Of a stretch of DNA of 64,000 nt, positions 1-9,541 are shown piece by piece. Position 1 is the first letter of the stretch; each line of letters opens with the position of its first letter. Position numbers and translations under genes: made by a program. The DNA comes from Actinomycetes bacterium. GTDB lineage: Bacteria > Actinomycetota > Actinomycetes > JAWWOW01. Location: positions 358,770 through 422,769 of the forward strand of contig JBJMHR010000013.1 in NCBI GenBank assembly GCA_045807285.1, read 5' to 3'. The notes beneath the pieces are model-generated. The model was given only the letters and a program-made list of their open reading frames with translations, was not told the origin of the DNA and did no database searches.

Positions 1-277
1 CTCGGCTCGTCCAAGACCTGTGGTCGGCGCTCATTGCCCCGGCCAGCTTGCGGCCGGTCGCGGCCGAGACGCTGACCGACTGAAGATGGCCTTCCTTCGC
101 GTGCACCTGCACGTGCGAATCCGGACGGACACCACCGGTCTGATCGCTCGGCGAAATCGTCACGAACGAGGACGACGCGGTGTGCTGCGCCGAGGGCGTG
201 CTGGAACTGCATCCGGCGACCGCGAGCAGCGCGATGCCACTGCTGGCGCCCACCCAGCGCAGCGAACGGCGTTTCAT
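1..277 (-). CDS. Putative lipoprotein, 5-prime partial (gene runs off window start); signal peptide with lipobox LAGC followed by Ig-like N-terminus resembling L,D-transpeptidase lipoproteins
   Basis: Reverse-complement of 1-277 reads MKRRSLRWVGASSGIALLAVAGCSSSTPSAQHTASSSFVTISPSDQTGGVRPDSHVQVHAKEGH... with no stop before the window edge; not in the ORF track because it is incomplete. Confidence 0.45.
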   Translation of the reverse strand, partial: MKRRSLRWVGASSGIALLAVAGCSSSTPSAQHTASSSFVTISPSDQTGGVRPDSHVQVHAKEGHLQSVSVSAATGRKLAGAMSADHRSWTSR

Positions 278-324
278 CACTCGCATTCTCACCTAGGAAC
301 GGCTGGCGACGGCGACAAGTTCAA

Positions 325-963
325 CTAGTTCAACGAGGGATCGGGCGGGAATGTCGACACCAGCGCGAGGTCGCCACCCTGCCGGCGCAACACGTCGCGC
401 CACAACACCTCGGGCCGGCTGCAGAAGACGTCGTCCGGGGCACCGGTCACGACGTACCACGAGCCTTCCTCGATCTCGGCGTCGAGCTGACCGGGTCCCC
501 AGCCGGCGTATCCGGCGTACACCCGCATCGCGGCCAGGTGAGGTGCGAGCAGAGCAGAGTCGATCTCGAGGTCGACGACGCCGAACCCGTCGACCACGGG
601 TTGGAAGCCCTCCTCCGGCATCCCCGGCCCGGCGATGCGCGCGAGTGCGAGCGCTCCCTCCTGCGACACCGGACCGCCGACGAATACGACAGGCGGTGAC
701 GTGACCGTGGCTTCCCACGCCGGGAGCACCCCGGCGACGTCGGTCTCCGACGGGCGATTGAGAACCACGCCGACAGCGCCTTCGGGCGAGTGCTCCGCGA
801 TGAAGACCGTCGTACGCATGAAGTTGGGATCACGCAACAGCGGGGTGGCGAGCAGGAGTCGACCGGCCAGGGACTCGATGCCGCTGCCGTCGTCGGGCTC
901 GCTCACCCATTCACCGTACGGTGCGCCAGTGCAGATCGCGCATCGGTACGACCTCACGCCCAC
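325..963 (-). CDS. YqgE/AlgH family protein (UPF0301)
   Basis: Motif LLLATPLLRDPNFMRTTVFIAEHSPEGAVGVVLNRP typical of YqgE/AlgH; length 212 aa fits the family. Confidence 0.8.
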   Translation of the reverse strand: MGVRSYRCAICTGAPYGEWVSEPDDGSGIESLAGRLLLATPLLRDPNFMRTTVFIAEHSPEGAVGVVLNRPSETDVAGVLPAWEATVTSPPVVFVGGPVSQEGALALARIAGPGMPEEGFQPVVDGFGVVDLEIDSALLAPHLAAMRVYAGYAGWGPGQLDAEIEEGSWYVVTGAPDDVFCSRPEVLWRDVLRRQGGDLALVSTFPPDPSLN

Positions 964-1414
964 TGGGCTGTTGGCCGTGCTGGTCGACCCGGCGTTCCTG
1001 GCGGCGCGAAGCGCGCGCTACGGCGGGGTCGGCAGCCCGATGGCAGCACGCGCCGGTGACGAACTCGAGGTTCGGACCGTGCGGCAGCTACCGCTCGACC
1101 GCGTGCCTGGGCCGTTCCGGCGATTTGTCGGTGACGGCCGCGTGGAGCAGGTCGACGTCTGGCCTGCCGACGGCGGACCGGACGAAGGTGTGGTCACCGG
1201 TCGGTGGTGGCTCGAGACCGGCCGCGCGCCGATCGACCTCAACGGGCGGCACCTCGTCACGGCCGACGGCGCGGGTTGCAGCTACGTGGCGTCGGCCGAG
1301 ATCCGCGTGTCGGTGCCCGTGGTCGCCGGCCGGCTGAGCCGCCAAGTGGAGAGCTATCTCGGTCAGCTCATCACGGCGGAACAGAAGTTCCTGGCTGAAT
1401 GGCTCGCGGCATGA
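929..1414 (+). CDS. DUF2505-like hypothetical protein (start uncertain; ORF track gives 635..1414)
   Basis: C-terminal 160 aa (HRYDLTPTGLLAVLVDPAFLAARSARYGG...) resemble DUF2505 proteins; upstream part of the ORF overlaps yqgE antisense; GTG at 929 is a guess. Confidence 0.45.
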   Translation: MQIAHRYDLTPTGLLAVLVDPAFLAARSARYGGVGSPMAARAGDELEVRTVRQLPLDRVPGPFRRFVGDGRVEQVDVWPADGGPDEGVVTGRWWLETGRAPIDLNGRHLVTADGAGCSYVASAEIRVSVPVVAGRLSRQVESYLGQLITAEQKFLAEWLAA

Positions 1415-1434
1415 TGAGCGGCCGGGAGGCACCC

Positions 1435-1926
1435 ATGGCAGAGCCGATCAGCGTCAGCATCGACATTGACGCACCGGCAGAGAAGATCTACGCGCTCGTG
1501 GCGGACTTGCCGAGCATGGGCAAGTGGAGTCCGGAAGCCACTGGCGGCAAGTGGCTGGACGGAGCAACGTCGGCCAAGCCGGGCGTGCGCTTTCGCGGCA
1601 CCAACCGGAATGGCGTCTTCCGCTGGTCGACCGTGTGCACGATCACGGCCGCGGAGCCTGGCCGAACCATCGAGTGGGTGACCACGGCGATCGGTTTTCT
1701 GGACGGCGCACTGTGGCGTTACGAATTCGCGCCGAACGGCACCGGCGGTACGACCGTCACCGAGCTCACCGAAGATCGACGCGGGCGGCTGCTGCGCTGG
1801 ACCGCACCGGTCACCGTGGGCGTGAAGGACCGCGCCGGCCACAACCGGCGTTCGATGCAGGCGACGTTGGAGCGACTCAAGGCCGCGGCTGAAGGAGATC
1901 ACCGGGGTGAGGACGCGGTGCGCTGA
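1435..1926 (+). CDS. SRPBCC family protein (polyketide cyclase/dehydrase-like)
   Basis: MAEPISVSIDIDAPAEKIYALVADLP... START/Bet v1-like fold signature; GGGAGG 5 nt upstream of ATG 1435. Confidence 0.75.
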   Translation: MAEPISVSIDIDAPAEKIYALVADLPSMGKWSPEATGGKWLDGATSAKPGVRFRGTNRNGVFRWSTVCTITAAEPGRTIEWVTTAIGFLDGALWRYEFAPNGTGGTTVTELTEDRRGRLLRWTAPVTVGVKDRAGHNRRSMQATLERLKAAAEGDHRGEDAVR

Positions 1927-2393
1927 CGGCCGCGGAGCCGGTCGACGAGCTCGTCGAGGGCGTCCGCGATCTCCGTCGTTCGGTCGTCGTCGAGTTCGCT
2001 GAGGGCGACACCGAGCTGGTCGTGCATGTGCTGGCGCAGTTTCTGCCGCGCCTTGCGTCCCTTCTGCGTGACGGCGTACACGACGACGCGTCCGTCCGCA
2101 GGGTCGCTCTCGCGCGCGACGAGACCTTCCTCTTCCAACTGCTGCAATGAGCGACTTGCGGTTGGCTGGCTGACGTCGAGCACCGCAGCGATCTTCGAGA
2201 CGGAGATCGGACCGCGTTCTTCGACGTAGGCGAGCAGGCGGGAGTTGGTGCGCGAGATTGCGATACCAGTGGCGCTGACCAGGGCCTCATGCACGCGCGA
2301 TGACGCCGTCAACCGGAGCAACTCGCCGACCGCGTTTTCTATGCGGACAAGCTGCCCGTCCTCGGTCGTCACGACGGCGAGGCTATCGGTCAC
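1899..2393 (-). CDS. MarR family transcriptional regulator
   Basis: Winged-helix MarR signature (ISRTNSRLLAYVEERGPISVSKIAAVLDVSQPTASRSLQQLEEEGLV); GTG start overlaps TGA of upstream SDR (GTGA). Confidence 0.85.
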   Translation of the reverse strand: MTDSLAVVTTEDGQLVRIENAVGELLRLTASSRVHEALVSATGIAISRTNSRLLAYVEERGPISVSKIAAVLDVSQPTASRSLQQLEEEGLVARESDPADGRVVVYAVTQKGRKARQKLRQHMHDQLGVALSELDDDRTTEIADALDELVDRLRGRQRTASSPR

Positions 2394-3169
2394 TCCGGCA
2401 ACTCGGGTTGCCAGGCGACGCCGTTGATGTGACCACCGCCGTCGACGAACAGCGTGTTGCCGGTCAGGTAACGGGCCGACTGGCTTGCGAGAAAGACCGC
2501 AACCGGAGCGATGTCGTCGTACGGATCGCCCATGCGACCCATCGGGTTCATGCCGGCGGCCATCTCACCGATCTCCGGGTGTTGCTGTATGACGCGTTCG
2601 AACGCCGCACTGCGCGCGGCCGGACAGATGACGTTGACCGTGACACCGCTCGCCGCCCACTCGCGCGCCGCTGTTCGGGACAGCGCGCGCAGGCCCTCTT
2701 TCGCGACGTTGTACTCCGTCGTACCCATGTGCGCGTTGACACCGTTTAGGGAGCACATGTTGATGATCCGACCGTAGCCGTTTGCTTTCATGTGTGAGTA
2801 CGCCGCTTGCATCGCCCACAGCGGTCCATAGAGGCCAACCGCGAGACCGTGCGCGATGAGCTCGTCGCTCTTGTTCTCGAGCCGGCCGATCTCGCCGCCA
2901 CCCCAGGCGTTGTTGACGAGGATGTCGATGCTGCCGAAGTGCTGATCTGCGGCCTCGACCGCGCGCTGCACGTCGGTCTTGTTGCTCACGTCGGTCTGCA
3001 CGAAGTACGCGTTGTCGCCGAGTTCGTCGGACAGGGCTGCGCAGAGTCCGTCGTTGATCTCCGCGACGACCACACGTGCGCCCTCGTCCACGAAACGACG
3101 GGCGATGCCTCGGCCGATGCCCTCGCCGGCGCCGGTGACGACGGCGACTCGCCCGTCCAGCTGCCCCAC
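2390..3169 (-). CDS. SDR family NAD(P)-dependent oxidoreductase
   Basis: TGAGEGIGRGIA glycine motif, NNAW, catalytic YxxxK (YNVAKEG). Confidence 0.9.
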   Translation of the reverse strand: MGQLDGRVAVVTGAGEGIGRGIARRFVDEGARVVVAEINDGLCAALSDELGDNAYFVQTDVSNKTDVQRAVEAADQHFGSIDILVNNAWGGGEIGRLENKSDELIAHGLAVGLYGPLWAMQAAYSHMKANGYGRIINMCSLNGVNAHMGTTEYNVAKEGLRALSRTAAREWAASGVTVNVICPAARSAAFERVIQQHPEIGEMAAGMNPMGRMGDPYDDIAPVAVFLASQSARYLTGNTLFVDGGGHINGVAWQPELPE

Positions 3170-3171
3170 TG

Positions 3172-4359
3172 TCAGTGGTCGGCGCCGAGGATGAGTGCGC
3201 TCGTGGGTACGCCGGTACCGGCTGTCACGAGGACGTTCTCGACGTTAGGCACCTGGTTGACCGAGGCACCGCGGACCTGGCGCACACCTTCGGCGATGCC
3301 GTTCATGCCGTGGATGTAGGCCTCGCCGAGCTGACCGCCGTGGGTGTTGATCGGCAGCTCGCCGCCGACCTCGATGCGGCCGTCGGTGATGAAATCCTTC
3401 GCCTCACCGGGCTTGCAGAACCCGAACTCTTCGAGCTGCGTCAGCACGAACGGCGTGAAGTGGTCGTAGATGACCGCGGTCTGGATGTCGTCGGGGCCCA
3501 GACCCGTCGTCTCCCAGAGCTGGTCGGCGATGAGCTTCATCTCCGGCAGGCCGCTCATCGACTCGCGGTAGTAGCTCGTCATCATCATCTGGTCGTCAGC
3601 GGCACCCTGCGCAGCGGCGCGAATCACGGCGGGTGCGTTCGGAAGGTCACGCGCGCGTTCGAGGCTCGTGACGACGAGCGCCTGCCCACCGTCACTTTCC
3701 TGGCAGCAGTCGAGCAGGTGCAACGGCTCAACGATCCACCGCGAGCTCTGGTGATCCTCGAGCGTGATCGGCTGCTCGTAGAACCACGCCTTCGGGTTTG
3801 TCGCTGCGTGTTTACGGTCGGCGACGGCGACCCGTCCGAAGTCTTCACTCGTCGCGCCGTACTCGTGCATATAGCGCCGTGCCGACATCGCCACCCATTG
3901 CGCGGGAGTGAGGAGTCCGTGCGGTGAGTACCACGCGTAGTGCGCGTTCTCGGCATTCGGGATCGGTGGCCGCCCTTGTACGCCGGAACCGAACCGGCTG
4001 CCGCTTCGCTCGTTGAACGCGCGATAGCAGACGACGACGTCAGCGACACCGGTCGTCACCGCAAGCGCGGCCTGCTGCACCGTGCCGCACGCGGCACCAC
4101 CGCCGTGGTGAATCCGGGAGAAGAACGTCAGGTCACCGATGCCGAGGTTGCGAGCGATCTCGATTTCGGGGTTGGTGTCCATCGTGAACGTGACCATGCC
4201 GTCGACGTCGGAGAGGGGAAGTCCGGCGTCCTCGACGGCCGCCTGCACGGCCTCGCAAGCGAGGCGCAGCTCGCTCCGGCCGGAGTTCTTGGAGAACTCA
4301 GTGGCACCGATACCCGCCACGGCAGCGGTGCTCGCGAGGCCGTGATGGCGAAGGCTCAT
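3172..4359 (-). CDS. ltp2: Thiolase-like lipid-transfer protein (Ltp2/SCP2-type thiolase; putative retro-aldolase)
   Basis: Thiolase-fold signature, 395 aa, gene order chsH2-chsH1-ltp2 as in the mycobacterial Rv3542c-Rv3540c region; ATGA overlap with upstream gene. Confidence 0.8.
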   Translation of the reverse strand: MSLRHHGLASTAAVAGIGATEFSKNSGRSELRLACEAVQAAVEDAGLPLSDVDGMVTFTMDTNPEIEIARNLGIGDLTFFSRIHHGGGAACGTVQQAALAVTTGVADVVVCYRAFNERSGSRFGSGVQGRPPIPNAENAHYAWYSPHGLLTPAQWVAMSARRYMHEYGATSEDFGRVAVADRKHAATNPKAWFYEQPITLEDHQSSRWIVEPLHLLDCCQESDGGQALVVTSLERARDLPNAPAVIRAAAQGAADDQMMMTSYYRESMSGLPEMKLIADQLWETTGLGPDDIQTAVIYDHFTPFVLTQLEEFGFCKPGEAKDFITDGRIEVGGELPINTHGGQLGEAYIHGMNGIAEGVRQVRGASVNQVPNVENVLVTAGTGVPTSALILGADH

Positions 4360-4757
4360 GGGAGCTTGACCTTCACGGTGCCGGTGACGTGGTCGCCGAG
4401 GCTGTTCGCCCCGCGGACGCTGACTTCGACGGTGTTGTCCGCGTCGTCCTTGCCCGTCACTTCGCCAGTCATCACCATCGTGTCGCCGGGGTAGTTCGGA
4501 GCCCCGAGCCGGATCGACACGTTGCGGAGGATCGCGTCCGGGCCGGCCCAGTCCGTGATGAACCGCCCGACAAAACCGTTGGTGGACAGGATGTTCATGA
4601 AGATGTCCTTGGAACCGCGCTCGACGGCAAGGCCCGGGTCGTGGTGGACGTCCTGGTAGTCACGCGATGCGATGGCCGTCGCGACGATGAGGGTCCGCGT
4701 CAGCGGTACGTCGAGCTGTGGCAACGCGTCGCCCACGACGACATCGGCGTACTTCAT
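4356..4757 (-). CDS. chsH1: MaoC-like (R)-hydratase small subunit, ChsH1-like
   Basis: 133 aa hot-dog fold (MaoC dehydratase) sequence; ATGA overlaps on both sides. Confidence 0.75.
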   Translation of the reverse strand: MKYADVVVGDALPQLDVPLTRTLIVATAIASRDYQDVHHDPGLAVERGSKDIFMNILSTNGFVGRFITDWAGPDAILRNVSIRLGAPNYPGDTMVMTGEVTGKDDADNTVEVSVRGANSLGDHVTGTVKVKLP

Positions 4758-5671
4758 GCAACCGGCCGGAACATCGGCAACGTCAGGTCGTCGTCGACGG
4801 CCACGAACTCTGCTTGCACCGGCATCCCGACCTCTACCTCGGCGGCCTCTACTCCGATGATGTCGGCGACGAGGCGGGTGCCCTCCTGGAGCTCGATGAG
4901 GCCGACCGACAAGGGATAGTCGAACGCCGGGACCTGCGGGTAGTGGTTCACGACGAAGCTATAGACCGTGCCGCGACCACTCGCTTCCACGGTGTCCCAG
5001 TCGTACGACGTACACCTGGGACACACCGGACCTGGCGGGTGCCGCAACCGACCACAAGGCACGCACCGCTGGATGAGCAACTTGTGTTGCTTTGCACCCT
5101 CGAACCAGAACTCGCTGTCCTGTGTGACCGCCGGTCGGGGCCGCAGCGGTTTGGTTTCCATCTTCTCGGGCGGCCGGAACTTCAGGATGCGGAACGTCAT
5201 CGATGCAACGAGGTCACCACCCGCGTCGTGGTAGTCCTGCCGCGTTGTGACGAAGTGGCCGACACCGAGCCCGGTCTTCTTTTCCTCCGAGACCGACTCG
5301 ATGGACGCGGTAACGGTGACCCGGTCGCCGGGACGCAGATAACGCTCGTAGGTCTGCTCACAGTTCGTCGCAACAACGGAGCTGAAGCCAGCGTCGGTTA
5401 GCAGGCTCAGCAGCTCGTCCTGTGCGTTGCCACTTCCGGCCGGCGGCGGGTTGAGCCCGCGCATCACCCAGGCTTGCAGCATCGTGGGCGGCGCGACGAT
5501 GCCGTGGTGCACGGACTTCGCCGCGGCGGCCGGATCGGTGTAGACCGGGTTGGCGTCGCCGACCGCTTCGCACCAATGGCGGATCATCGCCTGGTTGACC
5601 TCGTCCGGTCCCGCTGTCGGCGGACCGACGACGCGCCCCTCGAACGCGCGCAGCTGATCGAGTAACGACAC
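4754..5671 (-). CDS. chsH2: MaoC-like hydratase fused to DUF35/OB-fold Zn-ribbon domain, ChsH2-like
   Basis: N-terminal MaoC-like domain, C-terminal CVPCGRLRHPPGPVCPRC Zn-ribbon plus OB fold typical of DUF35. Confidence 0.75.
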   Translation of the reverse strand: MSLLDQLRAFEGRVVGPPTAGPDEVNQAMIRHWCEAVGDANPVYTDPAAAAKSVHHGIVAPPTMLQAWVMRGLNPPPAGSGNAQDELLSLLTDAGFSSVVATNCEQTYERYLRPGDRVTVTASIESVSEEKKTGLGVGHFVTTRQDYHDAGGDLVASMTFRILKFRPPEKMETKPLRPRPAVTQDSEFWFEGAKQHKLLIQRCVPCGRLRHPPGPVCPRCTSYDWDTVEASGRGTVYSFVVNHYPQVPAFDYPLSVGLIELQEGTRLVADIIGVEAAEVEVGMPVQAEFVAVDDDLTLPMFRPVA

Positions 5672-5717
5672 GCAGCAGACCTTCCGCTCGAGGGCGGCTC
5701 ACCGTAGAAAGAAGCGT

Positions 5718-5731
5718 TTGACTCTGTCAAG
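5718..5731. promoter_or_regulatory. Palindromic operator candidate TTGACTCTGTCAAG in the divergent chsH2/VOC promoter region
   Basis: Exact 14-mer also at 10437-10450; near-identical CTTGACTAGGTCAAG at 11757-11771. Confidence 0.55.
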
Positions 5732-5806
5732 TTTCTGCTCAGCGATGATTTCCGTCGTACCTCGCCGTCACTATGGCGAGAGCATCGGTCCGAGAGGAGC
5801 AGCGCA

Positions 5807-6199
5807 ATGGGAGCACCGGTCGTCCACTTCGAGATCATCGGCAAGGACTACAACGCGCTGAGCGCGTTCTATGGCCAGTTGTTCGACTGGAGGTTCGACA
5901 CGGACAATCCGAGCGGTTACGGCGTCGTGGCGCGCGAGGACAACCTCAACGCTGATGGCATCGGCATCGGCGGCGGCCTCATGGGCATGACCGGCCACCC
6001 CGAGATGGAGGGGTACGGCGGGCACGTGACGTTCTACGTCGAGGTTCCCGACATCGAGGCTGCGCTGGCGAAAGCCGAGCAGCTGGGCGGCAAGCGGATG
6101 ATGGGCCCACAGGCGGTGCCCGACGGTCCGACCATCGCGCAGTTCCTCGACCCGGAGGAACGGATGGTCGGGCTGGTGCAAGCCGGGACGATGGGCTGA
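5807..6199 (+). CDS. VOC (glyoxalase/bleomycin resistance/dioxygenase) family protein
   Basis: 130 aa, HFEIIGKDYNALSAFYGQLFDW... VOC fold signature. Confidence 0.8.
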   Translation: MGAPVVHFEIIGKDYNALSAFYGQLFDWRFDTDNPSGYGVVAREDNLNADGIGIGGGLMGMTGHPEMEGYGGHVTFYVEVPDIEAALAKAEQLGGKRMMGPQAVPDGPTIAQFLDPEERMVGLVQAGTMG

Positions 6200-6224
6200 G
6201 GCTCAGGGTGGGCACACTGCGCCC

Positions 6225-6410
6225 ATGACTGATGACAAGCCGAAGGCCGAGCACGAGCAGGTCGAGGGTCGCGACGTCTTCGTTACCAAGGACGAGAGCG
6301 GGATCACCGCGGTCGCCGAGGAAGAGGGAGCCGCGGATCCCCGGGTCACCACCGAGGACGACTCGTCGAAGGATGACGACTCCTCCGAGGACGCCGACGA
6401 CCGGAGCTGA
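6225..6410 (+). CDS. Small acidic hypothetical protein (61 aa, D/E-rich)
   Basis: ORF only; GGGTGGG about 9 nt upstream of ATG. Confidence 0.3.
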   Translation: MTDDKPKAEHEQVEGRDVFVTKDESGITAVAEEEGAADPRVTTEDDSSKDDDSSEDADDRS

Positions 6411-6414
6411 CGCC

Positions 6415-7863
6415 TCAGCCTTCGGGTAACCGGTACGCCGCGATCTTCCCGTAGTGGTTCGCGATGACGTTGTTTCCCGCGATCGCGACGCCGCTGCCGA
6501 TGCTGGCGCTCGGTTCGATCGGCGACATCCACAACAGCTGACCGGTTGCTGCGTCGAAGGCTTTCAGGGCCGGTTCGTCGACGTAGTAAACGACGCCGTT
6601 CGCCAGCGCGACGTTGCCACCCTTCATCGGTACGCCGGTGAGCGGCGCCTGCCATTTCGTTGCGAACGTGTTCGCGTCAAAGGCGTAGAGCACACCGGGG
6701 TTGGCAGCGACGTACAGCGTCTTCCCGTCGGTTGCGATGCGCGCCAACTCGCCGCCGAGGAACGACAAGCTCACGAACAACTGCTTCTTCCACACCGGTC
6801 GCATCGTCGTGGCATCGAAGACATGCAGCCATCCGGACTTCTGCGTGGCTGCCCCGAGCAACCGCCCGGACCGGTCCCGCCACAGTGTCGGGCCGACGCC
6901 GAAGTCCACGTCGGTCTGGCCGCACGCCGGTGAACCGCCGTACACGCCACCGTTCACCCATGCCTTGTCGCCGACGTTCTGGCAGACGGGGTTGTCGTAG
7001 CCGGTCACGCTGTCGGGTGTGCCCTTGTACGTGCCGACGATCCGACCGAAGGTCGGCCGGGTGCGGTCGAGATCCATCTTGATGATGGAGTCGTCGTACT
7101 GGCTCTCCTTGGTCTTGGACTCGGGATTCGACGTACCGACGTAGAGGTACTTGGTCGTCGCGTCGACTGTGGGCGTCCCCCACACTCCGCCGCCGTGGTA
7201 ACCACGTGCGATCTCGTCAGCCGGGATCGTGGTCGACTTGTAGAGCACCTTGCCGGTGGCGGCGTCGATGATCCCGTAACCCTCCTCGGCGTTCGGATCG
7301 AAGTCCGGACCGGTGGTGAACAGCACCTGAAGCCCGTCGAAGACGATGGCGCTCGCCTGCTGAGTGGTCGAGTAGCCGAAGTAGATCTCGTCGCTCGTCC
7401 AGAGCAGATGTCCGTCACGTACGTCGAACGCCGCGGCCTTCGGATGACCGTCGTTGTTCAGGCCGACGTGCACGCTCCCCTTCGCGACGGTCACAGCGAA
7501 CGTCCCGCTGGTGTCCGCGCCTTGTGAGGTCCAGACGAGCTTGCCGGTGGTCAGGTCGAGCGCCTCGATGTGCCCACCGGTATTGATGAACACACAGCCA
7601 CCGGACACGATCGGCGGCGGTGACTGGTAGCCGGTGTCACCGGTGATCCACGCCTGTTGCAGTGACGCGACGTTCCCGGTTCCGATTGTCGTTTTGGCGG
7701 TCTGGTGCTGCGAACCGTGCAGGTCCTCGCCGTACGTCGCCCAGCTGCCGCCACTCATCTTCTCCGTGCACGGCGCGGCTGCTGCACTGCGCGCGGCCGC
7801 AGGTAGCGCGACGGCCGTCAGAGTGATCGCGACGAGCACCGCCGAGGTACGCCGAGCCCTCAC
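6415..7863 (-). CDS. Secreted PQQ-like (quinoprotein-type) eight-bladed beta-propeller repeat protein
   Basis: Signal peptide from GTG 7863 (VRARRTSAVLVAITLTAVALPAAARSAAAA); PQQ-repeat motifs (ALDLTTGKLVWTS) and YHGGGVWGTPTVDATTKYLYVGTSNP resembling the GGG-W...GTGN region of quinoprotein dehydrogenases; GTGA overlap with upstream gene. Confidence 0.75.
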   Translation of the reverse strand: MRARRTSAVLVAITLTAVALPAAARSAAAAPCTEKMSGGSWATYGEDLHGSQHQTAKTTIGTGNVASLQQAWITGDTGYQSPPPIVSGGCVFINTGGHIEALDLTTGKLVWTSQGADTSGTFAVTVAKGSVHVGLNNDGHPKAAAFDVRDGHLLWTSDEIYFGYSTTQQASAIVFDGLQVLFTTGPDFDPNAEEGYGIIDAATGKVLYKSTTIPADEIARGYHGGGVWGTPTVDATTKYLYVGTSNPESKTKESQYDDSIIKMDLDRTRPTFGRIVGTYKGTPDSVTGYDNPVCQNVGDKAWVNGGVYGGSPACGQTDVDFGVGPTLWRDRSGRLLGAATQKSGWLHVFDATTMRPVWKKQLFVSLSFLGGELARIATDGKTLYVAANPGVLYAFDANTFATKWQAPLTGVPMKGGNVALANGVVYYVDEPALKAFDAATGQLLWMSPIEPSASIGSGVAIAGNNVIANHYGKIAAYRLPEG

Positions 7864-9437
7864 CGCGACAGCCCGTTGACACCGGGCCCGCCGACGCACG
7901 CCGGATCGGTGGCTGACGTGCAGTCGTAGACGCGGAAGTTCCTGAACGACAGGTTTCCCCAGTTGGACGGATCGTCGGTGACCGGGTTCGTCGGGCCCGT
8001 GTCCATCCGGTAGCCGATGCCGTACGTGTAGGAGAAGTTCGGTTGTGACTGCACTTCGAAGTTGTACGGCGCTGGGTCCGGTAAGCAGGTGGCGCAGTCC
8101 GTGACGGTGCGCCCATTGATGCGCACGATGTAGCGCGAGCCGACTTGCACGATCTCGATCTGGCTCCAGTCCGGATATGAGTTCGACTTGATGCGCTGCG
8201 CTGGGTAACCGCTCACCGGGTTGTCGACCGCCCACCCCGTGAGCGCATCCGGCACCGTGTTGCCTTGGATGCCTCCGGTCAGGAACTCACCGGCCTCGCG
8301 CATCTGGATCTCGTGACCACCGACGTATATCGCGCCGTTGTCCTCGAACGCCTGCATCCGGTACGCGAACCGGATCAGCACGTTGTGAAGCTTGCGGGCT
8401 GTGTAGGTCATCGTGCAGCCCTGCTCACCGACGAAGCCTTCGGTTGCGAGCGGCGCGTAGTTCGTCGGCGACTTCGTGTGCACCTGTCGCACGCTGCCGT
8501 CGTCGTCCAGGGCGCAGTTGGACTCCGTCCAGCCGTCGAACGTCGTTCCGTCGAAGATGCGTTTCGTCCCGGCCGGATCGGCGGGCGCTGCATCCGGCAC
8601 CTTCGCGCCGGTGCCGTTGAAGTCGATCCAGCTGATCTCGACGGGCAACGCCGTGAGGTCGGCGGCCAGGAACAGTTCGGGGTCTCGACCGGGAACCTTG
8701 TTCACGATGGGCCACGGCTGCGTCTGCCAGCAGTTCGGCCAGCCGAAGTTGGACTTGTGTGCGTTGTTGAGGTCGTCGGCAACATCGACGGTGCCGATGA
8801 TCGACGGGGCGTCCGGCGCGCCGGCGCGGAGCTCGACACGACTCGGCGTGACGTGCGGCTTCCGTTGCGGGACGCACACGCGCAGCGATACCGAATAGAT
8901 GTGTGTGAAGTCGACCCGACCGACGTCGACTACGTCGCCGGTGGACATCTTCATGGCGCGGTCGCGGGCACCGCCGCGCGGGTCGCGCACGGCGGGCGTC
9001 ACGACTGCCGGCGTACCGGCAGCGGCCTTGCCCTGGTCGACCTCGACCCGCTCGTAGCGCATCGGAACTTCTTGCTGACCGGAGACGAGGCGGATCGTCA
9101 CAGGGTCACCGGCGTCCCAGCCGGTGGCGCGGACGGCCGCCTCCGACGGCACCGATGCGATCCCGATGCACGACCCCGGCGTCAGCGGGTCGGCCGCGGC
9201 ACGCGACTGAGTGCCAACGGCATCGCGTCGTGACCCGCCCCCAACGTGGACGGCCACCGGAGCGTGTACACAGCCTGCTCCGTCGAGCCGGTAGGCGACC
9301 CGGTCGCCAAAGTCGACGGGTCCCCACGCCAACGGAGTGGCGAAGTGCGGTACGCCGGACGCGCGCGCGATCGGAGCAACGACAGCGAGTGCGACGAGCG
9401 GCGCCACCGTGAGGCCCAAACGGGTGTAGCGATGCAT
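7860..9437 (-). CDS. Secreted protein with C-terminal DUF1080 (3-keto-disaccharide hydrolase-like, LamG jelly-roll) domain
   Basis: ATG 9437 followed by signal peptide MHRYTRLGLTVAPLVALAVVAPIARA; RIFDGTTFDGW...IEIVQVGSRYIVRINGRTV matches the DUF1080/PF06439 pattern. Confidence 0.7.
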   Translation of the reverse strand: MHRYTRLGLTVAPLVALAVVAPIARASGVPHFATPLAWGPVDFGDRVAYRLDGAGCVHAPVAVHVGGGSRRDAVGTQSRAAADPLTPGSCIGIASVPSEAAVRATGWDAGDPVTIRLVSGQQEVPMRYERVEVDQGKAAAGTPAVVTPAVRDPRGGARDRAMKMSTGDVVDVGRVDFTHIYSVSLRVCVPQRKPHVTPSRVELRAGAPDAPSIIGTVDVADDLNNAHKSNFGWPNCWQTQPWPIVNKVPGRDPELFLAADLTALPVEISWIDFNGTGAKVPDAAPADPAGTKRIFDGTTFDGWTESNCALDDDGSVRQVHTKSPTNYAPLATEGFVGEQGCTMTYTARKLHNVLIRFAYRMQAFEDNGAIYVGGHEIQMREAGEFLTGGIQGNTVPDALTGWAVDNPVSGYPAQRIKSNSYPDWSQIEIVQVGSRYIVRINGRTVTDCATCLPDPAPYNFEVQSQPNFSYTYGIGYRMDTGPTNPVTDDPSNWGNLSFRNFRVYDCTSATDPACVGGPGVNGLSR

Positions 9438-9541
9438 GACGGTCCCGTGCCTTTCAGGCTGACGCGAATGAGAGCTGGGATCTCTGAGCCCCGCGGACGG
9501 GTATTCGCGCTCGCCGGCCGCTGCACCTGCCGGCCGGGCCT

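Noticed and set aside
20-328. 102-aa plus-strand ORF at window start
   Set aside because: Antisense to the partial lipoprotein gene with a clear lipobox on the minus strand
929-963. Apparent 35-bp divergent overlap of yqgE and DUF2505 starts
   Set aside because: Depends entirely on an uncertain start choice for the DUF2505-like gene; cannot be resolved from sequence alone
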